A stretch of 64,000 nt of DNA from contig JYFJ02000425.1 in NCBI GenBank assembly GCA_000934665.2, positions 1 to 64,000 of the forward strand, in the 5' to 3' direction. The position numbers and the translations under genes were made by a program. Within the stretch, counting starts at the first letter, position 1; each line of letters opens with the position of its first letter. Of this stretch, positions 40,078-54,405 are shown piece after piece. This DNA comes from Catajapyx aquilonaris. Its lineage: Eukaryota. The notes below the pieces were generated by a model. The model saw nothing but the letters and a program-made list of their open reading frames with translations. It had not been told where the DNA came from and ran no database searches.

Positions 40078-42548
40078 ATGCATCGAATATTGTTCTGCGT
40101 TGTGTGTCTCTACCTGAGCTCTGTGATGGCATCGATGGATCCAGATGATAGGGCTAGATTTGGTAAGGTATAAATATTAGATCATATTTTTAAAGATAAT
40201 TCGATATGCTCTTACTGTAGCTGTCCATCATCATCCGTGCATGCGTGAGTGCAAATTAGGAGAAAAAAGACGAGTTTGTAGATACAAATTCACTTTGGAG
40301 CATTATTGGACGATGGGGGAACTCTGCTACGAATGTCCACACACAGATGCTTGTCAGGACCGTGGATGTGTTCCTGCCGATGGATGGAAGCGAGCTATTG
40401 TCTCCATCAATCGTCAGTTACCTGGACCAACAATACACGTAAGAAATTATTAACACCAGATTTTAGAAAGGTGCTATTGTTTGACAAACCTGCAGGTATG
40501 TGAAGGAGACCTGATCGTTGTGGACGTCCATAACAAGCTTGTGTCTGAAACGACAACTATACACTGGCACGGAATACATCAAGTGAAGACGCCATTCATG
40601 GACGGAGTACCGATGGTGACACAGTACCCGATATATCCTGGTACGACCTTCCAGTACCGTTTCGAAGCGGATGTGTCCGGAACCATGTTTTATCACTCTC
40701 ACGTAGGTAAGAACCGCAGTGATATGATATGATACTTTTGACTCTAACTGTACGTTCCGAAAGGGTACCAGAGAGACGACGGAATGTACGGCGCCCTCAT
40801 CATCAGACAACCGCGTTCTCGTGACCCCAACAGCCACCTGTACGATTACGACCTTCCACAACATCACATCATCCTGAATGACTGGGCTCATGTTACGACT
40901 GCCCAATATCTTCTAGATACCCGTAACAGTACGGTTACGGCACCTCCTCCGCTTGGTATGCTTATCAATGGACATGGTCGAAACAAGACCTACGTTGATC
41001 CAAAAACTGGACGAAAAATGTACACCCCCATGGCTTTTTTCCAAGTGAGACAGGTATGCCATCACTAACTATGGTCTCGCATAAGTTAATAATAATTAAT
41101 TATAAAATATTAATTGCAGGGAAAACGATATCGCTTTCGTGTAATAAGCAACGCCTTCTCCATATGTCCTGTGCAAGTGTCTATCACGAATCACAAGTTG
41201 TTGGTGATTGCTATCGACGGTTCTCCAATACAACCAATCGAAGGTTAGCTTTTATGTCAATTAAGCGTAATGAGAATGGATTGTACTATAGTGCACTAAT
41301 ATTTCAGTGGACTCTTTCGTATTGGGCGATGCAGAGCGATACGATTTTGTCCTGACTGCCAACCAAGTCCCTGACACGTACTGGATCAAGTTCAAAGGTC
41401 TTCAGTTTTGTGGTCCTCCGACAGAAAGTGCGCACCAGTTTGCTGTCCTGAAATATGAAGAAACGGCCGTTGTTGGCGATCCTCTGGGTGAAGTCAGCTA
41501 CCAAACGGCTGGAAATGCAGGAAGGGTACTGTTGTTGTCGTACGTAGAGCTGGTTGTGTTTCTAAAAAAACTAATAACGTTTTCAGCAACTGAACACACC
41601 TTCGCCTCCTCCGGGACTTCCAAACACCATATCACTAATGGAGGTCAACTCACTAATCCCTGATGACGTAAGCCTGAGGCCCAAAGCTGACCGCAAAGTG
41701 TTTCTGTACCTTCAACCGCAAGGAATCAACATATTAGATTTCACCGGACAGCAATACCCAATTAACACGAGTGAGTCCATATTCATATCATACACTCTTA
41801 ACCCTTTACCCTCTCTAGAGAAGGTAAATGGTTAAGAGTGTACTGGTTGTGTACGTACCTTTGATAACACGTATGTGATTTCAGTCGTAGCCGGAGAGCC
41901 ATCGTTTGCAATACCAATCAATGGCATCAATTTTGCCTTCCCGGCCAAGCCACCATTATTGGAAGGTTACAGGATGTCAGAGAGAGACTTCTGCAACAAT
42001 CAAACACTTGTCAGGAGTGCTAATTGTGTTAAGTCGTATTGCACCTGCACCCATATGATTGACGTTCCATTGAATGCAGTAGTGGAAGTCATACTGATCA
42101 ACGAAGGTAATGTGCGTTTCCAGGTCCGGTTACATTCAATGACGACCATGTCTTTTGCAGGTAGCTTCCTGGGAGTAAACCATCCGTTCCATCTTCATGG
42201 GCATTACTTCAGGTTGGTTGCCATGAGGAGAACTGGAAGGAAGACATCTTTAGAAGAAGTCATGTGGTTGGACAGAACTAGACAAATTAAGCGGAAGCTT
42301 CATAGAGCAGCAGTGAAAGACACTATGAATATACCCGATTCTGGATATGCTATATTCCGGTTTTACGCCAAAAATCCAGGTAAGTCCATTATTTCGTACA
42401 TGTGCAACAAAATTCTAAACATTTTATCATTTCAGGCTACTGGTTGTTTCACTGTCACGTCTCTTTGCACGCAGAAAAAGGAATGATGCTTATGTTTAAA
42501 GTCGGAAATGATAACCAAATGAGGAGGCCTCCAAAAAATAACGACTGA
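40078..42548 (+). CDS. Multicopper oxidase C (secreted laccase-like), 10 exons
   Basis: Signal peptide [46 protein letters not shown]; ends [11 protein letters not shown]. Confidence 0.92.
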
Positions 42549-43404
42549 TGTCATATAAACTGCCATTTTATAGCCTATACTCATATATTTTTGTAAATGT
42601 TCTGTAGTTATGATAGCGTATACTTGTAACCCATCATATTATGTAAAATATTTGCTTTATTAAAATTACATAACTCCAATGCCAATTACAATGAATTGTT
42701 GGACCCCTACAAGAAAGGTGCATTAAGAAGGTAATGGCCTAAAATCCTTGAATTTTCCACCTGTTTGATCAAGACTGACCTACATTAACGCTCCAACACA
42801 CCTGTTGCAACGACTGCGGCATAATCGTGAACCGTGCAATATCTATGATCAGTAATAATAATTACATTAGACCAGAACAATCACTCAACGAAAATATTCT
42901 AGGAAACCAAGATGCTGAAGGTTACCAGACAGGTCACCTGACACTGCCGTGCAAAGGCAAAAGTTTAGTATGGTTAACCAGTGGAATCTGTGTACTTGCT
43001 GGCAGCAAGTAGGAGGATTCAAAAGGTGGTTATTCACTCCAAAAGTAGGTGCAAGGTCGATTGTTATATTGTTCACATATAATGGAAAAGTAATTACAAA
43101 ATTGGGCACAGTGTGCCACAACCCATGTGGGCCATATGTGCACCTTATATTGACTTTTGTGCGGTTTCGTGCAGTCCCAAAACTAGCTCGTATTGGGCCT
43201 ACTTTATTGTTACAGGTGGAATCCAGCCACTATCAGATTGCGGTATATAAAGCCGGAGAACCGCACTCGATATACTTTATCGGTGCAAAAAGTTCGAATA
43301 CGCCGGGTATAAACATCCGCCATTGTGAAGGGCGTTTTGTAGGTTCCTACACGTAAGAACGAAAGCCAGTGCTACTTATACTAGACACTTACAGACTGTC
43401 AAGA

Positions 43405-46242
43405 ATGTATCGCATTGGACAGCTGTTAGTAACACTGGTTCTTGTGGCATCGACAACATCCCATCGTCCACCGCACATCAACAAACCACATCGTAAGTCC
43501 TGTACTAATGTATCCAATATTACACTAAAATTATGTAACTTATGCAATGTGTGGGCAGCACCAGCAGTGCCAGGGTCTAACCCTTGTGCAAGACCATGCA
43601 TCAGAAATGCACCCCCGATGGAGTGTTACTGGGAATTTGACATCGATGTGTACCTGACATTACATCCTTACCTATGCTTCGGTTGTCCCGGGAATCGAAC
43701 TGGTTGCTTTGCACCTGGATGCATCACTGGAGATGGACTGCAGCGAGGTATTATCGCCATCAACAGGCAAATTCCAGGACCTGGAATTGATGTAAGTGTT
43801 AATCATACTATTAGTAACGATAAGTTCTAATATTTCATATATTTTGCACTATTCAGGTTTGCTTGGGAGATACAATTATAGTGAGAGTCAGGAACAATTT
43901 AATGACAGAAACAGTCACCATTCATTGGCACGGAATACATCAGAGACGCACTCAGGTCATGGATGGTGTACCGTTGGTCACTCAGTTTCCGATCCCACCT
44001 ACAGGCATTTACACATACAGATTTATAGCTACCGAAAGAGGAACACACTTCTATCATTCACATTCAGGTAAACTTTTTCAATCCGTTTACTCACAGCTTA
44101 CTATAAAAACCTATTTTTTAGGCTATCAAAAAGATGATGGTGTGTACGGATACTTAATAGTCCGAGAACCACCACAAGATGATCCTAACAGCTCTTTGTA
44201 CGATCAAGATCTTTTCGGAAATCACACCATAATAGTCATGGATTGGGCTCCTGAAATGTCACAAGAGTTCTACTTCTCTATTGCATATGACAGGGTGGAC
44301 ACATACGGAATAACTGTCAATGGCAGAGGAAGGAGACCAGATCCAGCCACAGGTCAGCAGACACAAACTCCTAGGGCAACATTTGTGGTCAACTGGGTAA
44401 GTACCAAAGACTTGAGGTCACTGGAATTCGTGTCATCTTCGTTATTTTGCAGGGATTGTGCTATCGCTTCCGATTTATTAGCAATGGATTCGGATTGTGC
44501 CCTATAGAAGTGTCTGTGGATAATCACCTGTTGACAGTTATAGCATCGGATGGTAGCCCTTTTCAACCTGTGCAAGGTATCCCATTTCTACACCTCGTAC
44601 CATACATTAGTCGGCTCACATCCACATCAGTGGAAACCGCAAACTTACCTCAGACTTCAACACTCATATCTATATCCTATATATTTAGGAAGTTTGTGGG
44701 TTTGTGGGTTTGTGTTTTCGCTATAGAAATTCAGGAAAACACGCTGGGTATACTGCTAGTCCTCAAATAATAAAGCCATTGTTGTGACTTCAGATTGTAA
44801 ATAACTTAATCTAATTTGAGTGGATTCTATGGTATATTTCAGTTGGCCGATTTCACATCGGGTCAGGAGAGCGATATGACGTCGTAATATGTGCAGATCA
44901 AACCCCTGGAGCATACTGGATGAAATTCCAGGGTCTTTTGGGTTGTGCTGTGGCCAACCAAACTTATCAATACGCAATATTGTTGTACAACGGAATTCCC
45001 CCAAACACCGTACCTTCCGGGCCAGACAACTACGACGCTGCTGCTGGAACCGGAATTGTGAGTGGCCAACGATACACTTCTCTGTATAAAACTGACAATG
45101 TATATTCCGCAGGTTCTGAACCCAACTCAAATAGAGACACCGCAACCAAGTCCTAACCAAATCACTTTAGATCAAGTGAATGGATTCGCCAACGATGACT
45201 ACAGTATTCTGAATGGGCCTCCAGATAAGACAATTTATGTCACATTTGATGACAAACAATTTGACCCCACGGTTTACAACGTCAATACATTCCCAAATCC
45301 ATATCGTATGTTCTAGTAGGTTAGTTTCTGATAGTGGTATAGTATAGCCTATTACTGTTACAGTGCTGCAGACTGGTGTTTATCTAACTACTCCAATAAA
45401 CAACATATCGTTTGCGTTCCCTCGATACCCATCGCTTTTGGATCAGCAAGGAACAAACAGATACTGTAAGCCGTCATATGCAATTGACGCACCCTGTAGC
45501 AATACCTTTTGTCAGTGCACAAACAGAGAGCGTGTGCGCAAAGGTGACATTGTGGAAATTATTTATTACAATCTAGGTATGTATATGCGAGGAATCGTGG
45601 AGATTCAATTATTAACTCAGTTCCATGCCAATAATATGAACCTGTCCCGTTTAAAATTAATAAGCATAAATTACAATTTTGCTAGCAGTACCTGGGAGGC
45701 CATGAATAGACATTAATTAAAACTGACTTATAAAATTTCAGGAACATTTGTTGCGGCCCATCCAATGCATCTGCATGGTTATAACTTCTTTGTAACATCC
45801 GTTGTTCAACTGCCTCCCACTGCAACATTTCAAGATGTAATGAACCTAAACGCAGCCAATCGCATTCCAAAAAAGACCAATCTGGCAATTCGGAAAGACA
45901 CTGTCGACGTTCCACAAAAAGCTGTAGTGGTCACACGATTCAGAGCAGATAATCCAGGTGAGTTATTTGTTGTTGTTTTTTCAATAATTACACCTCCACG
46001 TGATACAGTACATTGCCATGAGTTCATTCGGCTTCTATTTTCAAACAGGTTATTGGCTGCTTCATTGCCACATATCGTTGCACTCTGAGAACGGAATGAT
46101 CATGATACTGCAAGTTGGACAGTTTCGTGAATATTCTTCATTCAACCATGAAAAGCTGCCTCTCTGTGGTGGTTATCCTCGAAGGCAACCTCCTGATTTG
46201 CTGCTTCCTCCTGAAGACATCTTCGACAATGAAACATACTGA
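43405..46242 (+). CDS. Multicopper oxidase D (secreted laccase-like), 10 exons
   Basis: TATATAAA ~43244; signal peptide [47 protein letters not shown]; ends DNETY-TGA. Confidence 0.92.
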
Positions 46243-47197
46243 TCTGCACAGTGTTGATGATTATATTAGATGATTTCAGCAATAAAGAGCATTAAACATA
46301 CCGTATGGTTTTTCTCATACTGTACAACATGGTAATGTACAGAAATATTTATGAACTAATAATACAAACTTCTGTTTGAATTATTTTTTAAATGCAGAAG
46401 AATTATATGCAATTTATTTATTTATGCCTATTTTATTAAATAGTGCTGTGGCAGGTTGCACTTCATGTCTGTGTAAACACCCGTTGCAGCGAATACTGAC
46501 AAATACATGAACCAGGATGAAACATCACATGAAGGTTCTATACGACTGCTTGAAGTGGCAACAACCTAATTTAATAGAAAATGGTGTCTGATACGACAAA
46601 CAACACTGTTCAAGGATGTGATTTTATCTGCACACAGGTATTAACAAGCAAAATAATATACTGTATGCCAGACAGGAATACTCCACGCAGCATGCCGCCA
46701 CATATTATATCCATTGGAAGGCCTAGCACATGTGCCAATTATTGCGAAGCAGCCTTCGTAATATAATTCGTGTGCATTCAATACAGTCATATGCTGCTTT
46801 GTACGCCACACCCTTTATCAATCACATTCTTGGAAATGTCAGAGCCGATAATGACGTCAATGTAGCAAAATAAAAGCAAAATATTAGAATCTGAAGGTCG
46901 ATAATTGTCATATCACCTTCACATAAAAACAAACCAGTTGTTCTGCATAAGTCTGATGGGGCACAGACGACATGGCTATGTCTCATGTGGCCTGAGGGTC
47001 TATTCCTGACACTGACCATATGAAGTGTCTGGAAAGACCCGCACTCCACTTTGGAGAGAGAAAAATATTATGAATTATAATAGTCCGAAAATATGTTATT
47101 GCTCCACACGTCGGGTATCTCGACCTCACATCTACGAATTGTATGTCAAGTAAGAAGTAACTTACTGCATTCATTTGGCAAGTGCAGACCTTCTTAC

Positions 47198-47267
<70 letters not shown>

Positions 47268-47272
47268 CAACA
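47198..47272. repeat. (AAT)n microsatellite grading into (AAC)n
   Basis: Direct read. Confidence 0.97.
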
Positions 47273-47979
47273 CATTTTATAAATGTATTCATTTTTTCGT
47301 AATGCAAAACAATATGGAACACTCTAGAAATTCCGAGAAATTCACAAAGAAGTTCAGTAGGTGTGACTTATGATTCTGAATGTCGTGGGCATCCTCCTAG
47401 GGCATCTTCACTCACAGGAGGCCAACAGGAGGCCGTTCTCACCAACGAACAGTACAGTCTCAGGAAGCGGAGATATCAATTTCTTTAAAACTTCAAAAGT
47501 GTTTGTTGAGACCGGGAAGTGGATAAGGGAGACATCAGGGTGGTCTCCTAATGCTCCTATAGCTAGATTATCTCATTTTGATGCAAATTGGTATAAGAAA
47601 CTGTACAATGGCAACAACCAGGCAAGTATATTTATTTGTGAATTTGATGGTGTTAAGAGTTCATCGAAAGGAGCATTCTTGCAAGCAACAACAACATTTC
47701 TACCACAAAATTTCACAAATACACCATCGCAAGGGTTGAAGTCCTATAATAAATTGCAACACTTTGTTGTTGAATCTTCCACAGAATCGACACATGCGCA
47801 TGATTTGAACGTTTCATCAATACACATCAACTAACCAATTGTTGTCAAATCGACAAGCACATGCCGCAGATGTCAAATTCTATATAAATCGCTCTGCCCC
47901 GAAGGCAAGCTTCATAACCACATCAACTCCGACACGGTGACAGTCCGTCTGAACTACCAAACCAAACCCTGTGCAGGGT

Positions 47980-50560
47980 ATGGCGTGGAAATATATTTTC
48001 TTCATAATAGCGGTGCTCTTCATTAGCCCAGGTATGTTATACTACGTATATTCACATCACCGTCTATATAGACGACTCAAATATTTCGTCTAAAATTTTC
48101 TTATTTTTTGAAGGAAGCAGCCAGCAGCATGAATGCGAAAGAGCTTGTGAAGAGGGTGACACAAGAGAGTGCCACTACGATATGAACATTGAATTGTTCA
48201 CCACCATGCACTCGTACTTGTGTAGGAACTGCCCTGAAACCCCGGCCGATTGTTACAATCCAGGTTGCATGACGGGTGTTGGATGCAAAAGAGGTGTTAT
48301 CTCCATTAATAGGCAGTTGCCAGGACCTATGATTAATGTAAGTTATATTGGTCGAACACTAATTATGTCCCGCTTTTGAACATATAGATCCTACATAATA
48401 TGCGAACCATCAATCCTATCTTAATCAGAAATGTTCGTTTACAGGTGTGCCAAGGAGACACAATCATTGTGAGAGTAACCAACTCACTAGCCACCCAAAC
48501 AATTACCATACACTGGCATGGAATTCATCAGAGAGATACGCAATGCATGGACGGAGTGCCAATGGTCACACAGTATCCAATTCCTCCTACTGGAGTGTAC
48601 GTGTACACATTCGTAGCAGAACAAGCAGGAACACATTTTTACCATTCTCATTCAGGTAAGAATATTTATTGAAGATAATAAATACAAATAGGGCTACCTT
48701 AATATATTGAACTTGTAGGTTTCCAAAAGGACGATGGTATGTACGGAGCTCTCATAGTACGTCAGCCCGTTGGTGTGGATCCTAATAACTATACGTACCA
48801 GGAGGACCGAGTGACAGAACACACATTTTTAATCATGGACTGGACACCGAGAATGACCGAAGAATTTTATATCGATGCTCGAATGGACGAGCCACCAGAC
48901 TATGAAATCACTGTCAATGGTCGAGGTCAAGCAGTCAACTGCGACGATGGCGACGGAAACCCTACTCCAAGACCTGTCTTTTACGTTGCACCAGTAAATA
49001 CGTGATAATAATTTTTTAAATTAATCTACACCTTTATTGAGTCAGTGTGTTACATATTTTTGTTTAAAATCATAGAATAAGACACATCGCTGGCGATTCA
49101 TCAGCAACGGATTTGGCCTCTGTCCTATAGTAGTGTCAGTTCAAGATCACAATATGTTAGTGATAGCTACGGATGGTCAGCCTGTACAGCCTACACCAGG
49201 TACGATGGTCTGTATAATGTTATCTGCCAATTTTCAATAATGTTCTTTGCAGTTGGCCAATTTAGCATGGGGTCTGGAGAACGCTTCGACGTTGTCATTA
49301 ATGCGAATCAAACTCCTGGTACCTATTGGATTAAATTCCAAGGGCTTCAAGGCTGTCAGGTATTAAACAGAACATACCAGATGGCAATACTGAGATATGA
49401 AGGAAGACCCAACGACGAGATGCCCGACGCCGGACTTGATAATTACGATGGTGCTGCAGGTTCAGGAACGGTAATAGACCTGTGAACAAATCCTCCAATG
49501 TCTAATGCGATAGCACTTTTAATAATGTCGGTAAATATTTCAGTTACTAAATCCGTCTTACATCACCGTGCCTGCATCTGATGATACAATAAACATGGAA
49601 GAATTGCAAGGGATTGAAGGTTTAGATTACAGCATTCTAAGCCGCGAACCGGATAAAACTTATTTTGTGACATTTGATGATAAAGATGTGAACGTGGAAG
49701 GGTACAATGTCACAAATTTCCCCGACCCTCTCCGTAAGTTTAATATTCATAATTAAGATTTAGTTATCTATCGGCAAAACTTACTGATTTGACTCCTTTC
49801 CAGTTATGTTCAACGGATCATACATACAATTACCTATGAACAACATAACTTACATTCCCCCTAGATTCCCAGCATTGATGGATTTACAAGACACAAATAC
49901 GTATTGCAATTCGAAAGACCCACCCTATAACAATTGCAGCAACACTTTCTGTTCGTGCACTCAGCAAGATAAGGCTAGACGCAACCAAATCATCAGGATT
50001 GTGTTTTTCAACAATGGTATGTAACATGAGCTCGAGTGAAGTAATTTTGAACCGACATAAAACTGTGTAATTTTACTATGGAACAATGTTTCGCAGGTGG
50101 TTTCAACGGATCACATCCTAAACATCTGCATGGATACAGCTTCATGATCACTGCTGTGCATCGAATGCCCGACACCGGTACTTTTGATCAATTGAGAAGA
50201 ATGATCCGCAACGGAGAAATACCTGAAAAGAGAGACACGCCTGTTCTAAAAGACACAGTTTTAGTTCAAAGAAGAACTGCTACTATTGTGCGTTTTAGAG
50301 CAGACAACCCAGGTAAATATGATCAAATCAATTACATATGTATCAGTTAAACCGCTTATATTCATGCTGTTTCAGGAGTATGGGCAATGCACTGCCACAT
50401 ATCTCTGCATTCGGAGCCAGGAATGTTGATGCTTTTCAAAGTGGGGCCTTTAAAAGACGTGAAATGCCGACAATTCCCTGAAGACTACGACATACCTCTT
50501 TGTGGTGGATACCCTCGAGTGCAACCTTCGGATTATGATCAGACACCTTTGTTTCTGTAG
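47980..50560 (+). CDS. Multicopper oxidase E (secreted laccase-like), 10 exons
   Basis: TATATAAA at 47881; signal peptide [46 protein letters not shown]; ends QTPLFL-TAG. Confidence 0.92.
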
Positions 50561-51044
50561 TTTGAAAACAAACAGAAAATAAATATTAGTCTGGGAAAGG
50601 TGGTGGTAAAAAAATACTGCACATTCAGGTTTGTTTGTTGTAGTCAAAAAATTATTGTAACTGATACAAATAATAATTAACCAAACCTGTGACGAGTTTA
50701 CTTCTGAATAAAATGAAGCAATATATTGTTGAAGTTCAGATGAATCTAATGAATACATTATGCCATCGATTCCTCCATGTCCCCTTTAAAAAAAAACTAT
50801 AAACCTATTTTGGAAGGACGCTAAAACGAAGAAAACATACATCATATTTATAGAATCTTATGTCAAAGCCAGTCCTTCCAAAAATGGTCCAAATGTCGGT
50901 TTGATGCTGTTCATTGTTGATTATTTCCAGAGGAATGCAGGCAGGATAGTGACATAATAGAGAAGAACTCACATGCCAGCTCCACAGTTCGTGCCTTTAC
51001 ATTATGATTTACGTCACGAAACCCATATGTACAATATCTAAAAA

Positions 51045-51074
51045 GGGGGGGGGGGGNNNNNNGGGGGGGGGGGG
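51045..51074. other. Poly-G run containing 6 N (unresolved sequence)
   Basis: N at 51057-51062 between G homopolymers. Confidence 0.95.
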
Positions 51075-51134
51075 TGAAGGTCACTTCCGGTGAAGCCCTG
51101 ATGACAAAAGGGATATGGACGCTACAGTGTCGAA

Positions 51135-51871
51135 ATGAAGCTCTCTATCGTTGCCTTACTGCTAACTATTGGATCAGCTCATTTGGGTAATTCCCAGGAG
51201 GTAGGAATTTATGGCAGTAATATCAATTTATACACATGTAAGTAATGCAACTACCAATAATCTAACAAGAATTATTTTACTGGCTACAGTGTCACATTCC
51301 TAACGTAGAAGATGTTGCGACGTTACAAAGTAAGGCTTCATCTTGCCTGAAGCACCTTAGCCACCTACTTCCACATGAAATGGCTGTGAGTTAATTAACT
51401 CAAATTTATGCAACGTTACCGCAATCACGAATGATTCTATGTGCATTTTAATATTACAGTGCGGAGCAAGGTGTTTCTTGATTGAAGGCTTTCAAGTAAG
51501 TGATAGGAAATATTTGCAAAATAATATTATACAATATTCTTCTTCTCACTATTATTATCAGATGGAGTTTGATTCCGTCTTGACTCTATCAGAACAACTC
51601 GGTAATATTATTAAAGGATGCAATGTTCCGGAAGGCCCGTTGAAGGAGTTTGTGGAATGTGGGCTCAAGCGAGGTAAGTGCATATTGCTGAAAGACTACT
51701 GAAGTACACACTACCGGGAGGTATATAAAATAATAGTCTGCATATGTGTGTTACGGTTTTGAACCTTCCGAATTTTAAATACTTTCAGCTCCAAACCATG
51801 TGATGGATTTAGATGAGTGCGACTCTTTCATGCGTCTGACCAACTGCACCGAGACATTCAGCCTTAGTTGA
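51135..51871 (+). CDS. Small secreted 8-Cys protein A, odorant-binding-protein-like (130 aa), 5 exons
   Basis: Exons 51135-51200, 51290-51385, 51460-51495, 51562-51673, 51789-51871, all GT-AG: MKLSIVALLLTIGSAHLGNSQE/CHIPNVEDVATLQSKASSCLKHLSHLLPHEMA/CGARCFLIEGFQ/MEFDSVLTLSEQLGNIIKGCNVPEGPLKEFVECGLKR/APNHVMDLDECDSFMRLTNCTETFSLS. AATAAA ~52052. The gene model is corroborated by paralog B; the family assignment is inference. Confidence 0.85.
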
Positions 51872-52502
51872 GAAATAATTCTAGTGTTGATGAGGATATT
51901 AATCAAAATTAAATTGGCAAATTTCATTGTCGGAGTAGGCAACTATATGACGAGAAAGGCCTATGAGAGTTGTTTTACAATACGAAGCCACTAACGCTGA
52001 CGATGTCACATACCACTAAGGGATAATGGCATTTGCCAAAAATATTATGTTAATAAAATATTTGCAGTTATATTATAGCTTTATTTTCCACATTGCTTTA
52101 GCTTTATTTTGGAAATACCTGTAGCCTACTGTAGTAGGCCTACATAATATACTGTAACTTGAATCTCCAAAGAAACAGGGGGAGTGTCAGAATTCAATAT
52201 TACTGTCAAACATATGTCAATCTAAGAGCGGAATAAAATACAGTGTGCGTGAATGAATCAGACCGGCACGAAATACTGCTTCTTTTGATGTTCTCCCTTT
52301 GTAAGATATGCCTCAACAATCACGTGAAAGCATTAGGACGTTCGCAATTCGTGCAAATGTGTGCGTCATGCATTGCACGAATTTGCACGAGTCGTGTATA
52401 AACAATACATGTCGCAGTAAAGCCACCATCCGGCTGTAGCAATGATTAGGAAGAACCGAACGACTCTTGTATAGGAGGAACATGCCTCGAAGACTAGTCG
52501 TC

Positions 52503-53189
52503 ATGAAGTCCTCTATCGTCCTCCTGTTACTAACCATAGGATCGGTCCACTTGCAAGATCAGAAGGTATGACATAACTTAATAAATAGTGAAGTCGGGTT
52601 GTCGGGATGATAACAATTAACAAGTTTCATTCATAGTGTCAGGTCACGGATATAAAAAATGAGACTGCGATGAGCCTTCAGGCGGAACAATGCTTGCATC
52701 TGAGAGTACTTCCTAATGAAATTGGTGTAAGTAAGATAATATAAAAATAACCAATGTGTTTACGCTAATCTAATTTTGCCACTTGAAGTGTGCAGCGAAG
52801 TGCTTCCTGGAGGAGAGCTTTAAAGTGAGTTCAGTTGGCTCAGATTAAATTAGAACATATATTAATGACTTTAAACATTTTCAGATAAAGTTTGACTCGT
52901 CATTGACTATACAAGAGCAGTTCAAAGCCAGCATCAAAGGATGTACCTTTGAGGATGGAACCTTGGTGAAGGAATTTGCGAAATGCATGCTCAGACGTGG
53001 TGAGTGCAGCCAAAAAGTTTGTCATGTCGAGCATGACATATTTGTCAAATATTTTCTCATCAATTACAAACACTTGCTAAACCATTCACAGCTCCAAGAA
53101 TACAACTGGATGTGGATGACTGCCACTCATTCGTCCGACTCGTTAACTGTACTATGGGAATCGGCCATGCACACATGAAGGGAAACTAG
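52503..53189 (+). CDS. Small secreted 8-Cys protein B, odorant-binding-protein-like (133 aa), 5 exons
   Basis: Exons 52503-52565, 52637-52726, 52789-52824, 52885-52999, 53092-53189: MKSSIVLLLLTIGSVHLQDQK/CQVTDIKNETAMSLQAEQCLHLRVLPNEIG/CAAKCFLEESFK/IKFDSSLTIQEQFKASIKGCTFEDGTLVKEFAKCMLRR/APRIQLDVDDCHSFVRLVNCTMGIGHAHMKGN. Same intron positions and phases as A; AATAAA ~53295. Confidence 0.85.
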
Positions 53190-54405
53190 GCATAATCATG
53201 ACCACAAAATGTACTCTCCATAGACCTAGAAGGACACCAACATATAAGTAATGATTACAAACTATTCTATGTATGCAGCTGTTTACAATATGATAATAAA
53301 AATAACTACATAGCTCATATACACCTTTGAATAATGCAATGGAACTACTCAGCAGTTACCTGATAAGGTCACCGCCAGACACTTTTGCTACTTGGGTTGT
53401 CTGACGCACATAATATTTTCTAGCATTTACTCACGGGTAGCACATAAAACTGTCTCCTGAAAAGTTCATTTTTTGACATGGGTTGTTTTCCAAACAAAAA
53501 AAAACAAAAAAAAACTTCGTATATTACTGATGTGCTAAAAGAATTCAAGGTGCATTTTAAAAGGCGAGTTTTCACATGTAATTGGAGGGTGTTCTGCTAC
53601 AACGTCACAAGTACCAAAAAAACCACTTTCAGGAGACAGTTTTATTTGTAGGCTATAACCGAGGTTGTAAACGAGGCAGATGGCACTTTAAACCCTGTTG
53701 CACAACACCATTCAATTCAAAAATAATTTCAAATTTAAAAACATTTCCAGTCACACAACGAAATAGCTAATCTATTACAGCACTGGTATCTCGCCTGCAG
53801 TCAAACAATGACAATAATTGAGCCACATTATTGGTAGGAATCACGGTATGGATATTTGAAATCATGCTTGTAAAGTGTGACCAAATCGTGATTGTCCCAG
53901 CAATAATATTCGGCTGGTTGTGGTGGGCCTCTCGCTCTGATAAAACATGCAACCGTTGAAGTTACCCAAAACATCAGTTATCAGTGTTAATTACTGTAAG
54001 CTTCACCCTTCACGTCCCAGATATATTATTCGGGCCTGCATTCATCCTGTGTCCAGTTGGACCCAATATGGCCGCCGCGTCTTAGGATTGACTGCACCTT
54101 ATTAATATGATAGCAAGGTTTCCCCCCAGCTTTAACAGCTTCGGGCAAAATGGCCAAATCCACGTACACAAATAATAAATAAAATAAAATAATTAAAATA
54201 TTAGACAATTATGTACTGTACGGTACATTTGAGCCCTATTGGGGGGAATCTCGGGGGAATAGCCGACGGAATAGCGTTGGCTCCCTCTGGTGGTGGCGTC
54301 TTCGCGTGAGAGTGGCAACGGATTCGCCCAACGGTTACGGATCGCTGCAGCTGGGGCCGAGGGCCGGTCCTCTCGAGCTGTGTTTGCCCAGGGCAGCCAC
54401 ACACA

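Noticed and set aside
40070..40117. Out-of-frame ATG 8 nt upstream of the MCO C start (overlapping uORF)
   Set aside because: The TSS is unknown, so it may not be in the mRNA; no counterpart in the paralogs.
47370..47834. 154-aa intronless ORF upstream of MCO E
   Set aside because: No recognisable domain, no paralog, and it abuts the MCO E TATA box; probably chance, though only RNA-seq can exclude an orphan gene.
51867..51994. Possible sixth exon of small protein A (NYMTRKAYESCFTIRSH)
   Set aside because: Needs a weak gttgag donor, would give an odd ninth Cys, and paralog B stops in exon 5; the A/B similarity here is more simply shared 3' UTR.
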